Below, one piece after another: positions 1 to 14,414 of a stretch of DNA of 64,000 nt. The stretch is from assembly GCA_043228905.1 (NCBI GenBank), contig JBHGNT010000010.1, positions 21,018,001-21,082,000 on the forward strand, in the 5' to 3' direction. Source of the DNA: Azolla caroliniana (taxonomy: Eukaryota > Plantae > Polypodiophyta). The notes under the pieces were generated by a model. It did no database searches. It was not told where the DNA came from and saw nothing but the letters and a program-made list of their open reading frames with translations. How positions within the stretch are numbered: position 1 is the first letter of the stretch; each line of letters starts with the position of its first letter. A program made the translations under genes and the position numbers.

Positions 1-438
1 TAAAGATTAGCTGAAGATGAAACAAGAACTAACGAAGCACTAGCAAAAAATGTCATGGAGGTTTCTTCTATTCGTCCACTAGGGATAGTTGTTGAATGTC
101 TCCTCTGTTCATTTACAAGTGATTGTTCGTTCATCGAACGTCTCTTCTGTTTATCCATGAAGAATCATTTGCATTCCTAGATATTTTTTCGATTAACATT
201 TTGTAAACGTTCTTGAAGCAAGAGCAAACGAAGAACAAGCGGAAAAACATTTCAAACATAACTTATGCTCATTCACACGAGGTCAAGAGCATTTTTGTAT
301 ATAGATTGATGCAGAAAGCTCCGTTGGAAAGAATAACGATCACAACGCCTTGACATACAAGGCGGACAAAGAGGATTTCCACCGTGGATATATTTGCAAA
401 ATTACAACATATTTGCAGGAATGTAGCACAAATCTCAC

Positions 439-1089
439 CTGAAAGTCATGGTCATTACGAACCTCCATGTTTATCGGCTTGATCTTTTGGGAGGAATTAT
501 AAGAACAACCATATGAGCTTCGTTTGCAGGAATGACTAGTTCCACTGGCCCTAAAGGGCATCTCAATTATTAAGCCGGATATGCTCGATGATGATGAAAA
601 TCGAATATTCTGATCAGAATGAATTAAGGATAGGTGTCGATCTTTTTTCATATTGCTCGTCCCAATTTTCTTAACCAAAAAACCGTCCATGATGACCACG
701 TTTTCATCGCGTTGGAAGGTCATCTCCATCTCGGGACTAGACGCAGTTGTATGAGTTGATGCAGAGATATAGCGATGGCGATATTGATCCAAGTTTCTAA
801 CAAGCGGTTTCCATGGAGAAACATCGCTTCTGGTAGAAGTAAAACTCGCAGTAATGCTCTGGTTCTGCTTACACGTGTTCATGATGGAAGAAAGAACAGG
901 GAGTGGGGGAGAATGAGAAGGAGACGAAGGAAGAAGTGAAGAAGAAGAAGAAGAAGAAGAAGAAGAAGAGGGTGGAGAAAAGATATCATAAGGGAAGATG
1001 TAAGGCTCATTTGATGCACAAGGAGGAGGAGATAGTGAGAAATTAGAATGAGGAGGTGAAGGTGAGGCAGAAGATTCCAGGTCTGCCAT
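439..1089 (-). CDS. First exon of a Ser/Pro-rich protein, N-terminus resembling plant tandem-CCCH (ZFP36/ZFS1-like) proteins; gene probably continues toward or past the left edge
   Basis: ORF 340-1098 with ATG at 1089 and a good donor CAG|GTGAG at 439/438. The motif DENVVIMDGFLV resembles the DVLVMDGxLV motif I recall upstream of the zinc fingers in that family. No intact CCCH finger is visible. Confidence 0.5.
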
Positions 1090-2254
1090 ATCCAACAAGC
1101 TCGTTAAGCTTTCTTCTGCTCAGATAGCGGGAGGGAAAAAGGCGTCAAATTCAAAAAAGATTTTCTTTCTCGGACGTTAGCATTTGACGGCCGTGTCTTA
1201 TTATTATTATTATTATTATTATGTTACTTCCTGGGTCTGCAACGTGGAACTCTCAGATCATACTCCAACTATCTTTTGTTTTTGTGGAGATTTCGTTAAG
1301 TGTTTGTTGTCTTCCATGAGATTTCTAAGTGAAGTTTGTTCTAACTTCACTATAATGTTCATGGGAAGTGTCCTTGATAAAATTTCTATGATTTTCTACC
1401 TTGTTATGCTTTCTTTTGAGATCATGGCAAGTCTTTCTAAATTTGTCCATCACCCCACCTTAGGAACTCATCGTCTTTTGATCCAAGCTTGATAAAGTCT
1501 CTGGTACTACACTACACTCATTAATGATATGATGGGTATTAAATATTGTTTTATCCAACAAAAAAACCAAACCAAATCAACACGACAATCCTTGGATGCA
1601 ACAATTATGGTTTTGTAAGTGTTGCTATTTAAGAAAACCCTTGCATTTTTATAAGAACGATAATATTATTCCAAAAGACTTCATTGCTCCCAGAATTTCA
1701 TGTTGTCCCTTTAGAATTCCACAATCACGCATAAAATTCTAAAAATTGTGGGTGTGTAAACACATGGGTGGTCAAGACCTCTTGCCTCTAGTTGTCCGTC
1801 CATAGTGAACACACATCAAATGGAACCTTTGTAAATGTGGCATATAGTGATTCAAACAACAAGAAGCAGAATAAAACAGAGAACCTATGACGCCATACTG
1901 AAATGCCACTACTTATGAACACGTGAGTTATAGGACTGGGATTTAAATTAAACATTTTAACGACAATTTTCTTTATTGCAACAAGTATCTATAAACTCTA
2001 AGATGGGCATAAAACACATTTCTTTTTCAAAAGAAAAACATCCATAAATGATTTATATAATAAGCTCAATTACTCTTTTAGAGAAAAGTCAATCACTTAC
2101 TCTTAGAACATCTCACAACAATTTTATATAAGGCAATATATGATTTACAATAACTTTTCATACTTAGTGCCTTACAAACGACAAACTACATCTTTGGAGA
2201 GGAGACACTCAAAATGACAATGTTAGTGCTATGGAAAACCATATAGTAAGCAAA

Positions 2255-5040
2255 TTAAATAGACCTAGAGGAGGAGATCAAGGCCTTCTGGATGGCATCA
2301 ATGACATATTTCATCCGAGGCCGTCGATCAGGAACAGGAGATGTGCACGACATAGCCAGCTCCAACATAGAAGACACTGACTCGGGCACTACCAACCCAA
2401 CCGGTGGAATCGTTAGATCACAGGCAGACGTCTGCCCCAATATGTTTGGATCGAGGATATGGTTGATGGAGCGCGATTCTTCCATAGTCGAACGAACCCA
2501 TGGAACAAGCTCGATTCCTGCTGATGATGCCATTTGCGCATCTGGCGATTTGCCAGTCAAAACCTCCATCAACACTACACCGAATGCATACACATCCCAT
2601 TTTTGAGTAGCACCTCTTAATACTATAGCAATTCCATTGCCTGCCTCTACGCTAGCTGCTTCTGGAGGGCGATAAAAGGAGCTCCTAATTCCCACTGGTC
2701 GCACAGTCGATTTCTTCAATCTTGAATCATCTTCGCGTTGGCCAGATGAATTGAAACTGGTGTTCATCCAAGCAGTTAGCCTACAGACCCCAAAGTCCGC
2801 AATGTAGGCTTGCATGTCTTTGCCTAGAAGGATGTTGCTGGACTTTATGTCACCATGTATGTGCAACATTTGCCCCTTCATAAGGTTGCCACTAATGTGG
2901 CTGTTGTCATGGATGTGCGCGAGCCCTCTTGCTGCCCCCTCCATTATCTTCAACCTTTGCACCCACGTCAATTTTTGCATTGTTGCGTGGACTTTCGGAT
3001 ATCCTGTGCAAATTAAATATGCCAAACAAACGTATGTCATACCGCATTCATTCGGACATATTCTCCTAACTCCCACTAGTCATCTTTCTTCTATATCTAG
3101 TGTTGAACATCATGAGGTAAGTGTGACCCGTCCCAACCTCAACAACTCCTTACTGCCCTTGGTTTTGCACAAAATTTGTTTATATAAGTGACACCTAGGG
3201 GAAGTCCCGCATAAACGTGTTAGCGCCTATCGCCCTCCCTAGAGACTCTCGTTAAGCTTCTAAGCAAGCTCACAATGTTTACTCCAATGAAGCTGCACAG
3301 AGACTCTCATATAGCTTCCTACATTAGCTCATAATGTTGGGTCCTTCTCCTAACCCACAGTGCCAGAGTCTAGTACTAGGTAGATGCTAAAATTGTAATA
3401 GCATAAGAGGATAAAGGAGAATGATCATAGAAATTACCATGTAGGGCTGATGCCAAGGAGCCATGAGGGATGAAGTCATAGATGAGGAGCTTCTCATCCA
3501 TAGCCCAATAGTAAGCCAAGAGCTTAACCACGTTGGGATGCTTGGACACTTTAGCTATGGCCTGAACCTCACCCTCGAATTCCTTGATGTTCATATTCAA
3601 GTCATCATCAATATGGCCTTCCGGTCCAAGCCTCCTGACGGCCACAGGGTTACCACTCCCGAGCACAACCTTATACACGATTCCCAACTCACTCTTGCCC
3701 AATACATATGCAGAAGCCCTCAGCAACTCGTCCATGTCTGAACTAAAGCTCTTGTCCAATGCCACAAGCTCTCCGCCCCCTTTGTCATGATTCAATCCCT
3801 TACTGTAATGATCCGGGCTGCCGCTTGCCTCTGATGAAACCTCACTATTTGCGTTGAAACACCTCCTTGATGAATAATATGACTCATATAACCTCCTCTT
3901 AGACTCATTTTTTATCGAACCCCCCGGAGGTGCTGAAGACGAAGGGAGGGTGCTCTTTTGAGCTTGGGCTTTCACATAATACCAATACATGAGGAGCACG
4001 ACTATCATGGATAGGGCCAATGCATCCCCAAATACAATGCCCACAATGGCACCTGGGCTAAGGCTTGGTTTATTTTTTCCTTGATCAACACGAGTGTTAG
4101 GTTTTCGGACCATTGTAGTTGACCCCTCTGCTGGGAGATTTGGTAGGGGAGCTGGTGACAATGGAGCACGGCAAATTACATCCAGAGGGAACCCACAAAG
4201 CTTCGGGTTGCCTAAGAAAGGACTTGCTCCTTGATCTCCCAACGTGCCATCTTGTGGGATTTCTCCACTTAGGTTATTATGGCTTAGATCAAGACTTACA
4301 ATGTAAGGTAACTTGCCTAAGCTACTAGGTATTGAACCCGAGAGATGATTATAGGACAAATTTAATGTTCCTTGCAAAGAAGGAAGTTGTCCTAGGTCAC
4401 TTGGGATGGTACCAGAGAGGTGGTTAGATGAGAGATCAAGTTGCTCCAAGTAAGTGAAGTTGGTACCGAACCCTAGTGGGATGGAACCCCAAAGTTGATT
4501 ATGAGCTAGGGCAAGTGTTTGCAATTGTTTGCAATTCGTGATTGTGTGAGGAATAGCGCCCCATAAGCGGTTGTTAGAGATGTCCAATGTTTGTAAACTC
4601 TGTAGATTTTTTATTTCATGGGCCAAATGACCAGTGATGTTATTGTTGCCAAGTAAAATGGTCCTCAAAGAAGTGGCATTGAAGAGTTGTGTTGGGAGTG
4701 TGCCTGTGAGGTTGTTGTCTTGGAGACTGAGACGACGCAGTGTGTCAAGTGCCCCAAGTGCAGGCGCAATGGGCCCTGATATCTTCTTCCCTATTATAGT
4801 TAGCCCCACTACTCTTGGAACATTATAGGGTGGCACATTGGCACATAGAACCCCACTCCATGAGCAGGGGGTATCATCACTAATGTTCCAATCACCAAGT
4901 GAATTGAGAGGATCAGTTTTCAACTTCTTTTTGAATGTAATGAGGGCAACCCCATCCACATTTAAGCTTTTTGAGTGACCTAACAAAGTCAAGATCCATG
5001 TAATCAAGAAGTAAATGAACAAAGGCATTTTTTGCAACAT
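2255..5040 (-). CDS. Leucine-rich-repeat receptor-like kinase, LRR-III / ZAR1-like; 2 exons (5040-3438, 3003-2255)
   Basis: Signal peptide, LRRNT (WNISDDTPCSWSGVLC), plant LRRs (LxxLDLSxNxLSGxIP), TM helix, then DELLRASAYVLGKS..GIVYKVVL..VAVRRLG. Intron CATG|GTAATT...TGCACAG|GA joins in frame to HGDIKSSNILL, DFG, QKWDVYAFGVVL and PDRRPRM. Confidence 0.95.
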
Positions 5041-6190
5041 TTTCTAGCAATTGAAACTACTCTGTGTGAGAGAGAGAATACAATGTAATATTAATATTAG
5101 TAAAATTTATAAATGTCAAATGAAAATGCTAAAGGAAAAACATTAATAATATCCTTATGAGCTTAAGAACATGTACATTGTATAGGGTGGTGGAGAAATA
5201 TCACAACGAATGAATATGCATCGAGAGAAGTTTTAGTATTGTTCTTCTCATATATCAAATAACTTATGTGACCAAGAGAAACATTTACATGCATTTATCT
5301 ATAGCTAAAAAGTGAGTTTCAATGCTAATGAATTGCACTAATAAGTGTCGCGAATTGAGACAAAGCAAGAGTGGGTGGCTCAAGAACTAGCATATGTTTG
5401 ATGAACTTATTTGTGCAAAGAGATTTCTTTATTTTAAAGGAAAGATATAAAGAATCATGACACAAACGCTCATTATCTCTTCTTTGATACTCCAACTTTC
5501 TCAACTCTTAATTACCACTTTTTAAAACATGTTGTCAATGATGGCCCATACTTCCATGATTTTCATTCTTAACTCTTCCACCAGTGCTTGGCATGAAACA
5601 TTTAGGTAGCCTAAAGACCAAACTTTCTAAAGCATGTACATATTGTAAGTGCTTGCTTTATGCTCATAATAGATGTATGAGCATTTTGTGTGTAATCTTG
5701 TGGGGGAGGGAGAACACTTCAAAATCAAGATTGCTTTGTGTAAGTATTTATGGTGGTTGTAACTATTTTATTTCCTTCTTTTCAAACATTATGGATACCG
5801 TTTTATACCATCTTGTAAACTATTAAAGTAACAATACATTTACCATCTTATCATGGTAATGAGTAAAGAATGCATTCTTATGTTTGAAGGCCAAGTTATT
5901 ACAAAAGTAGAACGTGCATAGAAAATTGAAATAGCAAGGGTTATCAATCTTTTTTGTGTGTCTTAGACTATCTTTTGTTATCATTTTTTAGTCAAGAAAA
6001 GTATTTGCAATTTCCAGCATTTTATACTCATGTTTGACATGGTTAGTTTAGGTCTATATTTCTATTTTTCGTCTCATTCTTTCATAAAGTATCAAAACTT
6101 CATTCTAAAGAATGATATTATTCCATCACCATAAAATCATCCCGCCATGCACACTCAAGAAGGAAAATATGAAAACTTTGTCATGAAAGG

Positions 6191-6390
6191 TAACAATTGG
6201 CAACGGTTCGGTTTGAACCGAACCGAACCGAACCGTGAAACCAGGGCTTAACAGTTTAAATGGTTCAGTTCGGTTCAAGTTCAAGTTTTTTTAAATGGTT
6301 CAATTTGGTTTCAACAATAAAAAACCGCGGTTTAAACTGTTAAACGGTTTTTTATTTTTAAATAAAAATTAAAAAAAATTGTTTTTAAAC
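6191..6390 (+). mobile_element. Truncated non-autonomous hAT-type element end (same family as 48500-49084)
   Basis: Degenerate TIR taacaattggcaacggtt followed by aaccg/cggtt subterminal repeats, as in the complete copy at 48500. No second end found. Confidence 0.6.
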
Positions 6391-6859
6391 CATCTTTTCA
6401 TTTTTAGACCTTATTCTCACATTTTAGGAATATCCACCTAATGAATGGGAAGCAATTTTTTCTCGGAAAAAAAAAACATGCCACGGCAATAAGGTACAAC
6501 ACTAATACATGAAAGAAGGAGAATTTGAATGAAGGTAAGTGATGCATTCTTATGTCCATGGGAGATGGCAAGGTCAAACTTGAGACATGTAAAGACTTTA
6601 AATAGATCTAAAGAGAGATTTGTTTTTCCATCCATAGGCGATGGTGAGATGAAACTTGCGAAAAGATAGACAAATAGATTTTATTATCACCTTTAGATAT
6701 TCAAAATGACCTATAACACCAAAAGCAAACCATTTTTCCAAAAATTTACTACTTCCATTAGTTAAGACAATGTACATAGGATAATATACAACAAGTCATA
6801 TCGTACGGAACTTGCATGGCTACAAAGAGACCAACATATACAAAGGAATCAACAAAAAA

Positions 6860-7980
6860 ATAAGCTAATAATCACTGTATCAAGAGGGACGAACAAAGGA
6901 GGATGAGCAACCTTCCCTTGGACGACCTGGATTATAACAACATGCATTTGATGAGCGCAGTATACTCGATCACATACCCTCAACGTGAGCCCACCTATTC
7001 GTGATGTTCGGTACTCTCGGAGGGAACAATCACTGTGGTGGCTAATAACTCCACTTTGCATTGTCATCCACCATCTGTTGCATCGGAGAACCTTTCCATT
7101 TCAGGAGGAAACAGAGCTTCTTCACTTGCGTCCAGGGTCCCCTAAATGCTTTCAAACTCTCCTCGTAACATAGAAATAAGATAAAACCAGATCATCGTTA
7201 AACTCTCGGCCGGTGAGGTTTGGTTACTTGTGAAAGACTCCTTGCATCTTGATACCCACACTTGCCAAACTGTAAGGCCGACCACTAATAACCAAATGTC
7301 CACGTATCATTCCTGTATGTAGAACAAACCCCCCTGTGTTGAAGGTCGTACAATACTATGCACCACATGTAAAGGACTATTTCCATTCCACGCATGAAAC
7401 CACACATCCGATTCAGTACTGTAGCCAACCATATAGTTGTTGCACTCGATACATGAACATTAACCCCACACCGAGCCAAGATTCTTAAGCTCCTCGTCAA
7501 AACTTCTTGGGCACGTGGGGCAACTCCACAATAATGTGCGATGTCCTCCAAACTCGCTACGTAGCCTTGCAATTGCTCGTGCCACCCCTTTTCACAAGCC
7601 ACTCTCCAGTTGGAACAACCCGATGGGTGATTAACCAAAAAAACACTTTGACCCTCTCGGGGAGGGATGAGTTCCATATCTTGCTCTTAGTTCTATCCAC
7701 AAAGACCGAATCGACAACTACATCGGCCTATTTGTTGATGCACTTCTCATGTTGCAAGCATAACTTTCTCCCCAAGAGCGTGAGTACTCGAAGAAACATA
7801 TTAATTTATTTTGTTCTCCCCTCCACTTATATTCTGCAGGATCCCATTCTAAACACTTGAGCGGCTTGCCTCCAACCACGTAAAAGATCTTAGAGTCCTC
7901 CTCAGCCTCATCGACCGATGGATTCACCTTCCATTTCTTGCCGTCTCATGACACAATTCTAATCGGGGACCAACAACCTG
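6860..7980 (-). mobile_element. Degenerate LINE ORF2 3' fragment (zf-RVT region)
   Basis: Minus-strand frames give LEWDPAEYKW, then KIWNSSLPERVK.FWLITHRVVPTGEWL..C...EDIAH..CPRAQEV-like text, typical of the zf-RVT domain. Stops and frameshifts are present. Confidence 0.75.
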
Positions 7981-8649
7981 AAAAGCAATTTGAACCATAT
8001 TCACCTCCTATGTGTGGATTTGAGTAATGATTCTTGATGTTTACAAATTTTATTAATGAATATTACACTTGCGAGGAATGTAAAGAGGAATTTTATTATG
8101 ACTGTGAGAGGAATGTAAAGAGTGGACTAGATTGAAAATATGTGGAAAGCAAGCTCGAATGTGGTCAAAGGTAAAGCATTGTATAAAGTGTGATACTCAT
8201 ACTCCCAAATTTGCTTGTGGCAAGACATGCATAGTTAGCATGTCCCGTCACTTTTGCTCCAATTGATGCATCTTCCATCAAAGAGAATGTGAATTAAGTC
8301 ATATGCAAGTAATGGCAAACAAAGGGATGAACTTTGTCATTTATAAGTAAGTGTGATTTCCCCTTTGCTTTGGAAATGCTAATGTTGTCAAGTAGCCCAA
8401 GTTTCACTAACCTTCGTGAGGCTTGCACTAGATCTCTCACTTTCCCTCTTTTGCAACACAATTGGAGTAGCTTAATTTCTAATATTATCTTATACATTTA
8501 CTATCTCACTTATGGAATATTGTCTTACCTGCAAGTGTACAAAAACATAAAGAAAGTACAAGAGAAGGCCCATGAGAGTGGCATGTTTTGGGGCAAGGTC
8601 AAGAGAAGACTAGTGTAACCCATTGCAAAACTATTGCTCTCAATGTAGT

Positions 8650-9545
8650 GATAAGAGAGAATGCCTTAACCTAATTGACTCTCATGTAGTCCCTCTTTCT
8701 TTGTGGTCATGGAAGACATTAGCAAAGACCTTGAAAATATGTATGTCAAAGTGCATATCTCAAGTTTGCAAATCATTAATGCTTTAATAGAAATGTGAGA
8801 ATGTGTCCATCTATGATGTAATGTTACACATTGCTCAAACCTATCATATACCTTATTAATTGGCTATTGATTAGTTTAAACCATTACACAAAGTGCAGGT
8901 GCAAAGGATATGGCACTTAGCATACAATCATGGCATGCTCCATAATGACCAAAGCTTTTGGTTACACATTCAGATTTTCATAGAACATTGTAGTACCATA
9001 GACCATCTTGCCACACTTGGCAAGCTTTTGAAAGAAAGTAGAATAACTAGGAAAAGCATCCATTGTTGATAATTTGTGGCTTCGAGGGAGCATTTTTCCC
9101 ATTGGTCCCATTAGAAAATAATGGAAGAGTTAACAAGTACGTCATCAATATATTGATGCGGTAACAAGGCGTTATGAGGAGCTAGTTGAGTACATATGCA
9201 CGATTGAAGGGATTTAAAAAGCCTTCTCAAATGACATTGATTGAAATCAAGGAACTCTCAAGAATCGACTTGTCTTAATTCCCGTTCTAGCCAATCGGGA
9301 ATGGGACATTAGGGAACAAGTGGTCTTTCTCTCAATCATAACAATATGCTAAAATACAAAATTTGAATCCCGTACCATCATTGAGCCCTAACCTATATCC
9401 ACATGAAATCACATGCCCTACCCAAACACTCCATGAATAACCATTTCCTTTTTCACAATGAGAATGCCCACACTCATGAGATCACACCAAAACACACATG
9501 GTATTTCTCTCACTTGGCACCTAAGGCTATATTTGGCACGCTCAT

Positions 9546-9588
<43 letters not shown>

Positions 9589-10500
9589 CAATCACATTAT
9601 CATAACCTTACAAGAGAGATTCTAACCTTACCGAGAAAAAAGTATAAAAAGTTTTAGAAGAAGCCTTTGTTGTGATATTTGATCATTGTAATATCAAAAC
9701 TTGCATGTATAGATTTGTGGAAACATGCAAAGAGGGACTATAAAGTAATGGTGGTGTAAAGCAAGGGTCTTCCTTACCATCTAGTTTTTTCATAGACAAA
9801 CTTAAAAGCAAGACTTCAGCTATGCATACAAAACATTGCTTCTTTATGATGATTATGTGGTTTTATTTTTTAGGAGGGTGAATGGATTGCAAAGACACAT
9901 GGATGCTTTATCTGGTTTTTGTGATGAAAAAAGGCATTCATGTGAACATGGACAATACCAAGATTGTTGTGTTTGGTGGGGTGTGAATAAGGTGGACCAA
10001 CTTAAGATTGTTTTATTACAAAAGGAAGCTAAGAGATATCACAAACAACTTTAAATGTATTTCATTCATGGCGTGAAAAGCAAAAGCTCCCCTTTTTTGA
10101 ATTGATCAAGAGAACACAATTATTTTATATTGCAAATAAGAAAGATGCAAATATTATAAGGAATTTGTAAGAAAACATTTGAAAATATGAATGTAAACTT
10201 AAAAGCCAAGAATTCAAGAACTAATGTTTTTATCATCCCAATTTGCCTTTTACCCATGGGTCTTAGAATATGCTAGTTAAAAAACGGGTTCAATCCTTTG
10301 TTTTCAACTTTAATGAACACTAAAATCGAAGAGAAACAATGATTGAGAAATTGTGGACAAGGACAAAAGGACCATCACATCACTCGGCGGTGACTACTGC
10401 CATCACATTGTAATTCATGTGTTTGTGAAGATTTGTACAAGAATTTGAAGTTATGTTTTCAAACCAAACATAAATATTGTCCAAGAAGAATCCATCAATT
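8650..10500 (+). mobile_element. Highly decayed RTE-like LINE reverse-transcriptase remnant, interrupted around 9100-9660
   Basis: Remnant motifs STIDHLATL (about 8995), GVKQG (about 9753) and LLYDDYVVL..GLQRHMDAL..FC (ORF 9836-10054; degenerate YADD region). Confidence 0.6.
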
Positions 10501-13500
10501 TTCATAGTAGGCTTATCAAAATGTTTGTACTTTTCCTCATGATGATGGTAAGGTAATAAGTAAAAAACACAAACAAATAATTGACATATATGTTTGTCAA
10601 TAACATCTTGATCTTACAGAAATGCCATTAACATTTTCAAAAACGAAATTGAGTTGAACTATATAAAACTAGTTCAAGTTGAGCACAACATTCCATGAAG
10701 AGAAAAATGTAACCTATCACATACACAAAAGAATGTAGAGTTCTTTCATTGATCATGCTAGTTTTCTTATGTTTCCATGGTAGTATTTGAAAACATTAGA
10801 TAGGTTGCATGATGCACAATGCACATTTATGTTTGTGAGCATCAAATTCTCCAATTTCATTCATGGTTAGGAAGAAAATGCTAAGTAAACTACAAATGTT
10901 GCAATTGCAATGTATTAATATTTCTAGTATAATGACATTTTCTCAAGGTTAACATTATTGTCTTTAAGTGTTTCTCAAGTTCTTAATGTGAAAAATGTGA
11001 ACATGTTCCTAGAATTATCAATATCATATTGTGTTCAATGCTAGCAAATGAAGTATGACATGTACCTTTGCAATATACGAAAACATGAAAACCATAAGTG
11101 AAAGGGTTATAGAATCATTAGGGGAATTTCTTTCGGAGATCAAGTGATAGAGGAGCCAAGTTTTATCCATGAAGGTGATCAATTGATGTAAAATGCAGCA
11201 TTTAAAAGAGTTTCTTTTTCCCACCCACTCATTCAGAACGTCAAATTCAATCTACCAAATTCCAAACTTGAAATTCAATCTACCGAATTTTAAATTTTAA
11301 ATTCTATCTACATAGTATATAACTTATCCAAATCTCAAACTTAGTAAGTTGCCATTTGAAATATAGCATAAAATTTTCAAATTTCAATGTTTGTGAGATC
11401 TACAAATTAAAGAGCTCATCCAAATTAGATAACAAGCTTTCTTGTATCAATTTACATTTGATATTTCAAATGTAATAAGAAAACATATTGAAGCTTCCAA
11501 GCCTATCTTCATAATGTTAGAATTCACCAATTTACAATAATGCATAAGCTATATAAGGGCTAATCACAATATAAATTTCTTAGAATACAAGGTTAATCAC
11601 TCTAATTAAGACACTCATATTTATAAAGTACAAGGCTAATCACTCTATTGCCATATATTTTCTCATATGTATTAGGCTATATTGTAATTTCATTTAATTA
11701 AGTATACTTTAAAAATGTCCAAAACTTATGTTGTGTGGTACAACATAGGATACAGACCTTGTGAAAGTAAGTGACCAAGTGTTTGCGTGTGTGTGTTTTT
11801 GTTCCTCTCTACTAATTTAAAAAAAATAGATGTGCTCTTTGGAGAAGCACAACTTGTCTTTTAACTTTGCATTTGGTCGTCGTATGGAAAAAAGAACCCA
11901 ATGTCACTAAATTTTGGTTATTTCCACAAATACTCTTGGTTAACCATAGACGTCTTGTTTGAATGCCACTCATTGTTTCGATGCCACTTATTTTCTACTC
12001 GATTGAGAATGCATGGCTAGGGATGGAATGGAAGTTTATAGGCTAAGGTCACGGATGTCTCGTGCATGGGTCAATTATGTGTCATGTCATCGTCATGCAT
12101 GAGACTCATAAAATGCACCAAGCATGTGTAAAGAATGTATTATGCATTGGTTATGAATGTATCAAACTCAGAAAGACCCTCTTACAAGTACAAACATTTT
12201 GTGTGACCTCCCATAGGACTTGGTGCAAATCCATGTCTCAACAAACAATTATACTTTCCAAAGACTAGTTCTCCACCTTTGACATTATATTAACCACATC
12301 ACATTTATGGATAGAGGCCATGCATGTATGTGGAGATAGGGTGGTCACCCCTGTGATAAAAGCAAACATGGATAACTGTGAAATTTGAGGATTTAAGTAG
12401 CATATTGTTAGTCAACACTATTACTTGTAATACAGGGGTTTCTCGTGACAAATAATATGAGAATTGACTATTTGTTATGTTTGGTGAAGTCTTACTTAGA
12501 GTGCAAGTATGTGATTTGATCATAGAGGCATCACACTCTAGGATGCTCCACAAACACCCATGTGTTTGCAATGGGGCGCTATATCTTATTCAAGGACTAA
12601 GATAGTACGCTTGCTAAGTCTTGACTACCATTCAAATATAGGCATTAACAAACAACCACCATCAACCAACTATTTGTTTTTGCTAGTTGATTAGCGTGAC
12701 CTAGAACATGATGTATTGTATGTACTCATGGATGGGAAATTGAAAAGGAAAAGCACACTTTTTTAAGCATTCCAACTTGGATCAAAAGCTTACCTCGTAG
12801 AAGAAAAACACATTAAGAATTGAGAAACCCATTTACACTTGCTCACTAAATGAATGCAATACAAACATTTTATGCATTTTTTAGAGTCTATCATGAAGGA
12901 AGCATATAGTATCTATGTAGAACTTTTGAGAGGATTCTACATGTGGGCCATATGGCTTAACCACAACAAAAGATGTTTAATTGATGAGAATATTTGTATG
13001 AAAACAATCGTTTTCAATTAAATTCTTACCGAAATTAACCAAGTTGTTGACCAAGATCTTAAAGATTTTGTGGACACATGGACAACATTAAGTTAAAGCT
13101 TTGTAAAAAAAAGGCAAACAAAACTTTATGTCAAATTTGGATCTAACGCTACCCACAATTAAACACACTACATAACTCTACAAAAACGAAGATGGGTTGA
13201 AATGGAAATTCACTTACATCTAGAAAGAGATTGTTGAAAACATGCCTTTATTATGTAAGCCTTTGATCCTGCATATTTAATATTTATTTTGCACCTTTTG
13301 GATTAAAAGATTTGAAATGTAGCATTTCTTAAGTGTGGCATTATGTGTGTAACGTTATATTATGTATTATTGGTTGTCACTATTTTGTGATGCAATTATG
13401 CATGCGATAATACTACAAATAGAAAATTAAGCTAGAGTTGGACAATAGCTTACTATGGTAGGGACAACAAGGTTGTCTAATATTGTCATGTCATTTTGAT

Positions 13501-14414
13501 ATAAACATTACGTCTACAAAAAAACACACCCACACACACAAACGAAAGTCAAGACGTTCTTTTTCAAAGGACATGACATGATCAAAGACCCTACAAAGCC
13601 AACTCATCACTCTTTGACAATGCTAACATGGAATTCAAGAAAAAATCAGATAGGAAACATAAGAAAACATGTAGTAGTGTACACATGCTTAACATGTTTC
13701 ATAACCCCAAATTTATGAAAAAGCTATATAGAAAATATGGGAGTACATGTAGATGTATTGTGCAAGTGATATAAGTTATATTGATTAAAATTTCAACAAA
13801 ATTCAATGAGCATTTGGCAATAATTTTATGGCAAGGATTCATTTGTCATAAAATTATGTGCTTGTGTGTTCTTGTGCTTTTAATTAGCCTGATTTCCCTT
13901 TAAAAGACAATTTCCTCCATTGGATGATATACCCATTTTCCATGAGTTTTATTGGTATGGTAATGATATATCATGACACATTATTCATCATTTGTTCCTT
14001 CAATATATCCACGTAACATAGATGAGATTGGAGAAGAATCTCCAATGTGGAAATAGGTAAAGTAAATGGAGTTCATCTTGTCAAGCTACAACGCAATTTC
14101 TACTTATCAATGATTTTGTTTACAACTTACCAAACTACTAAACTTGATTTCTTTATCTTTGATTTGAGCATAATATAAAAAACAAGACTAGAATAAAGAA
14201 AAGTCTATTCGCAATTAAATTAAGTGGAAGAATGGACCGAGCTCATAAATTGCTGATGTATATCCCATTGAATTTATATCAATGATATGAATCATCAAAT
14301 ATTAAAGTCAATGGTAGTGCTCGAAATATATTACGTATTATTATTTCAATTTGATTAATGTAATGACTAAGATGAGAAGTTTTTTTTTGGGAAAAAAATA
14401 AGAGGAGACGTTTT

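Noticed and set aside
2292-4828. Plus-strand ORFs overlapping the LRR-RLK
   Set aside because: Antisense shadows of the kinase gene.
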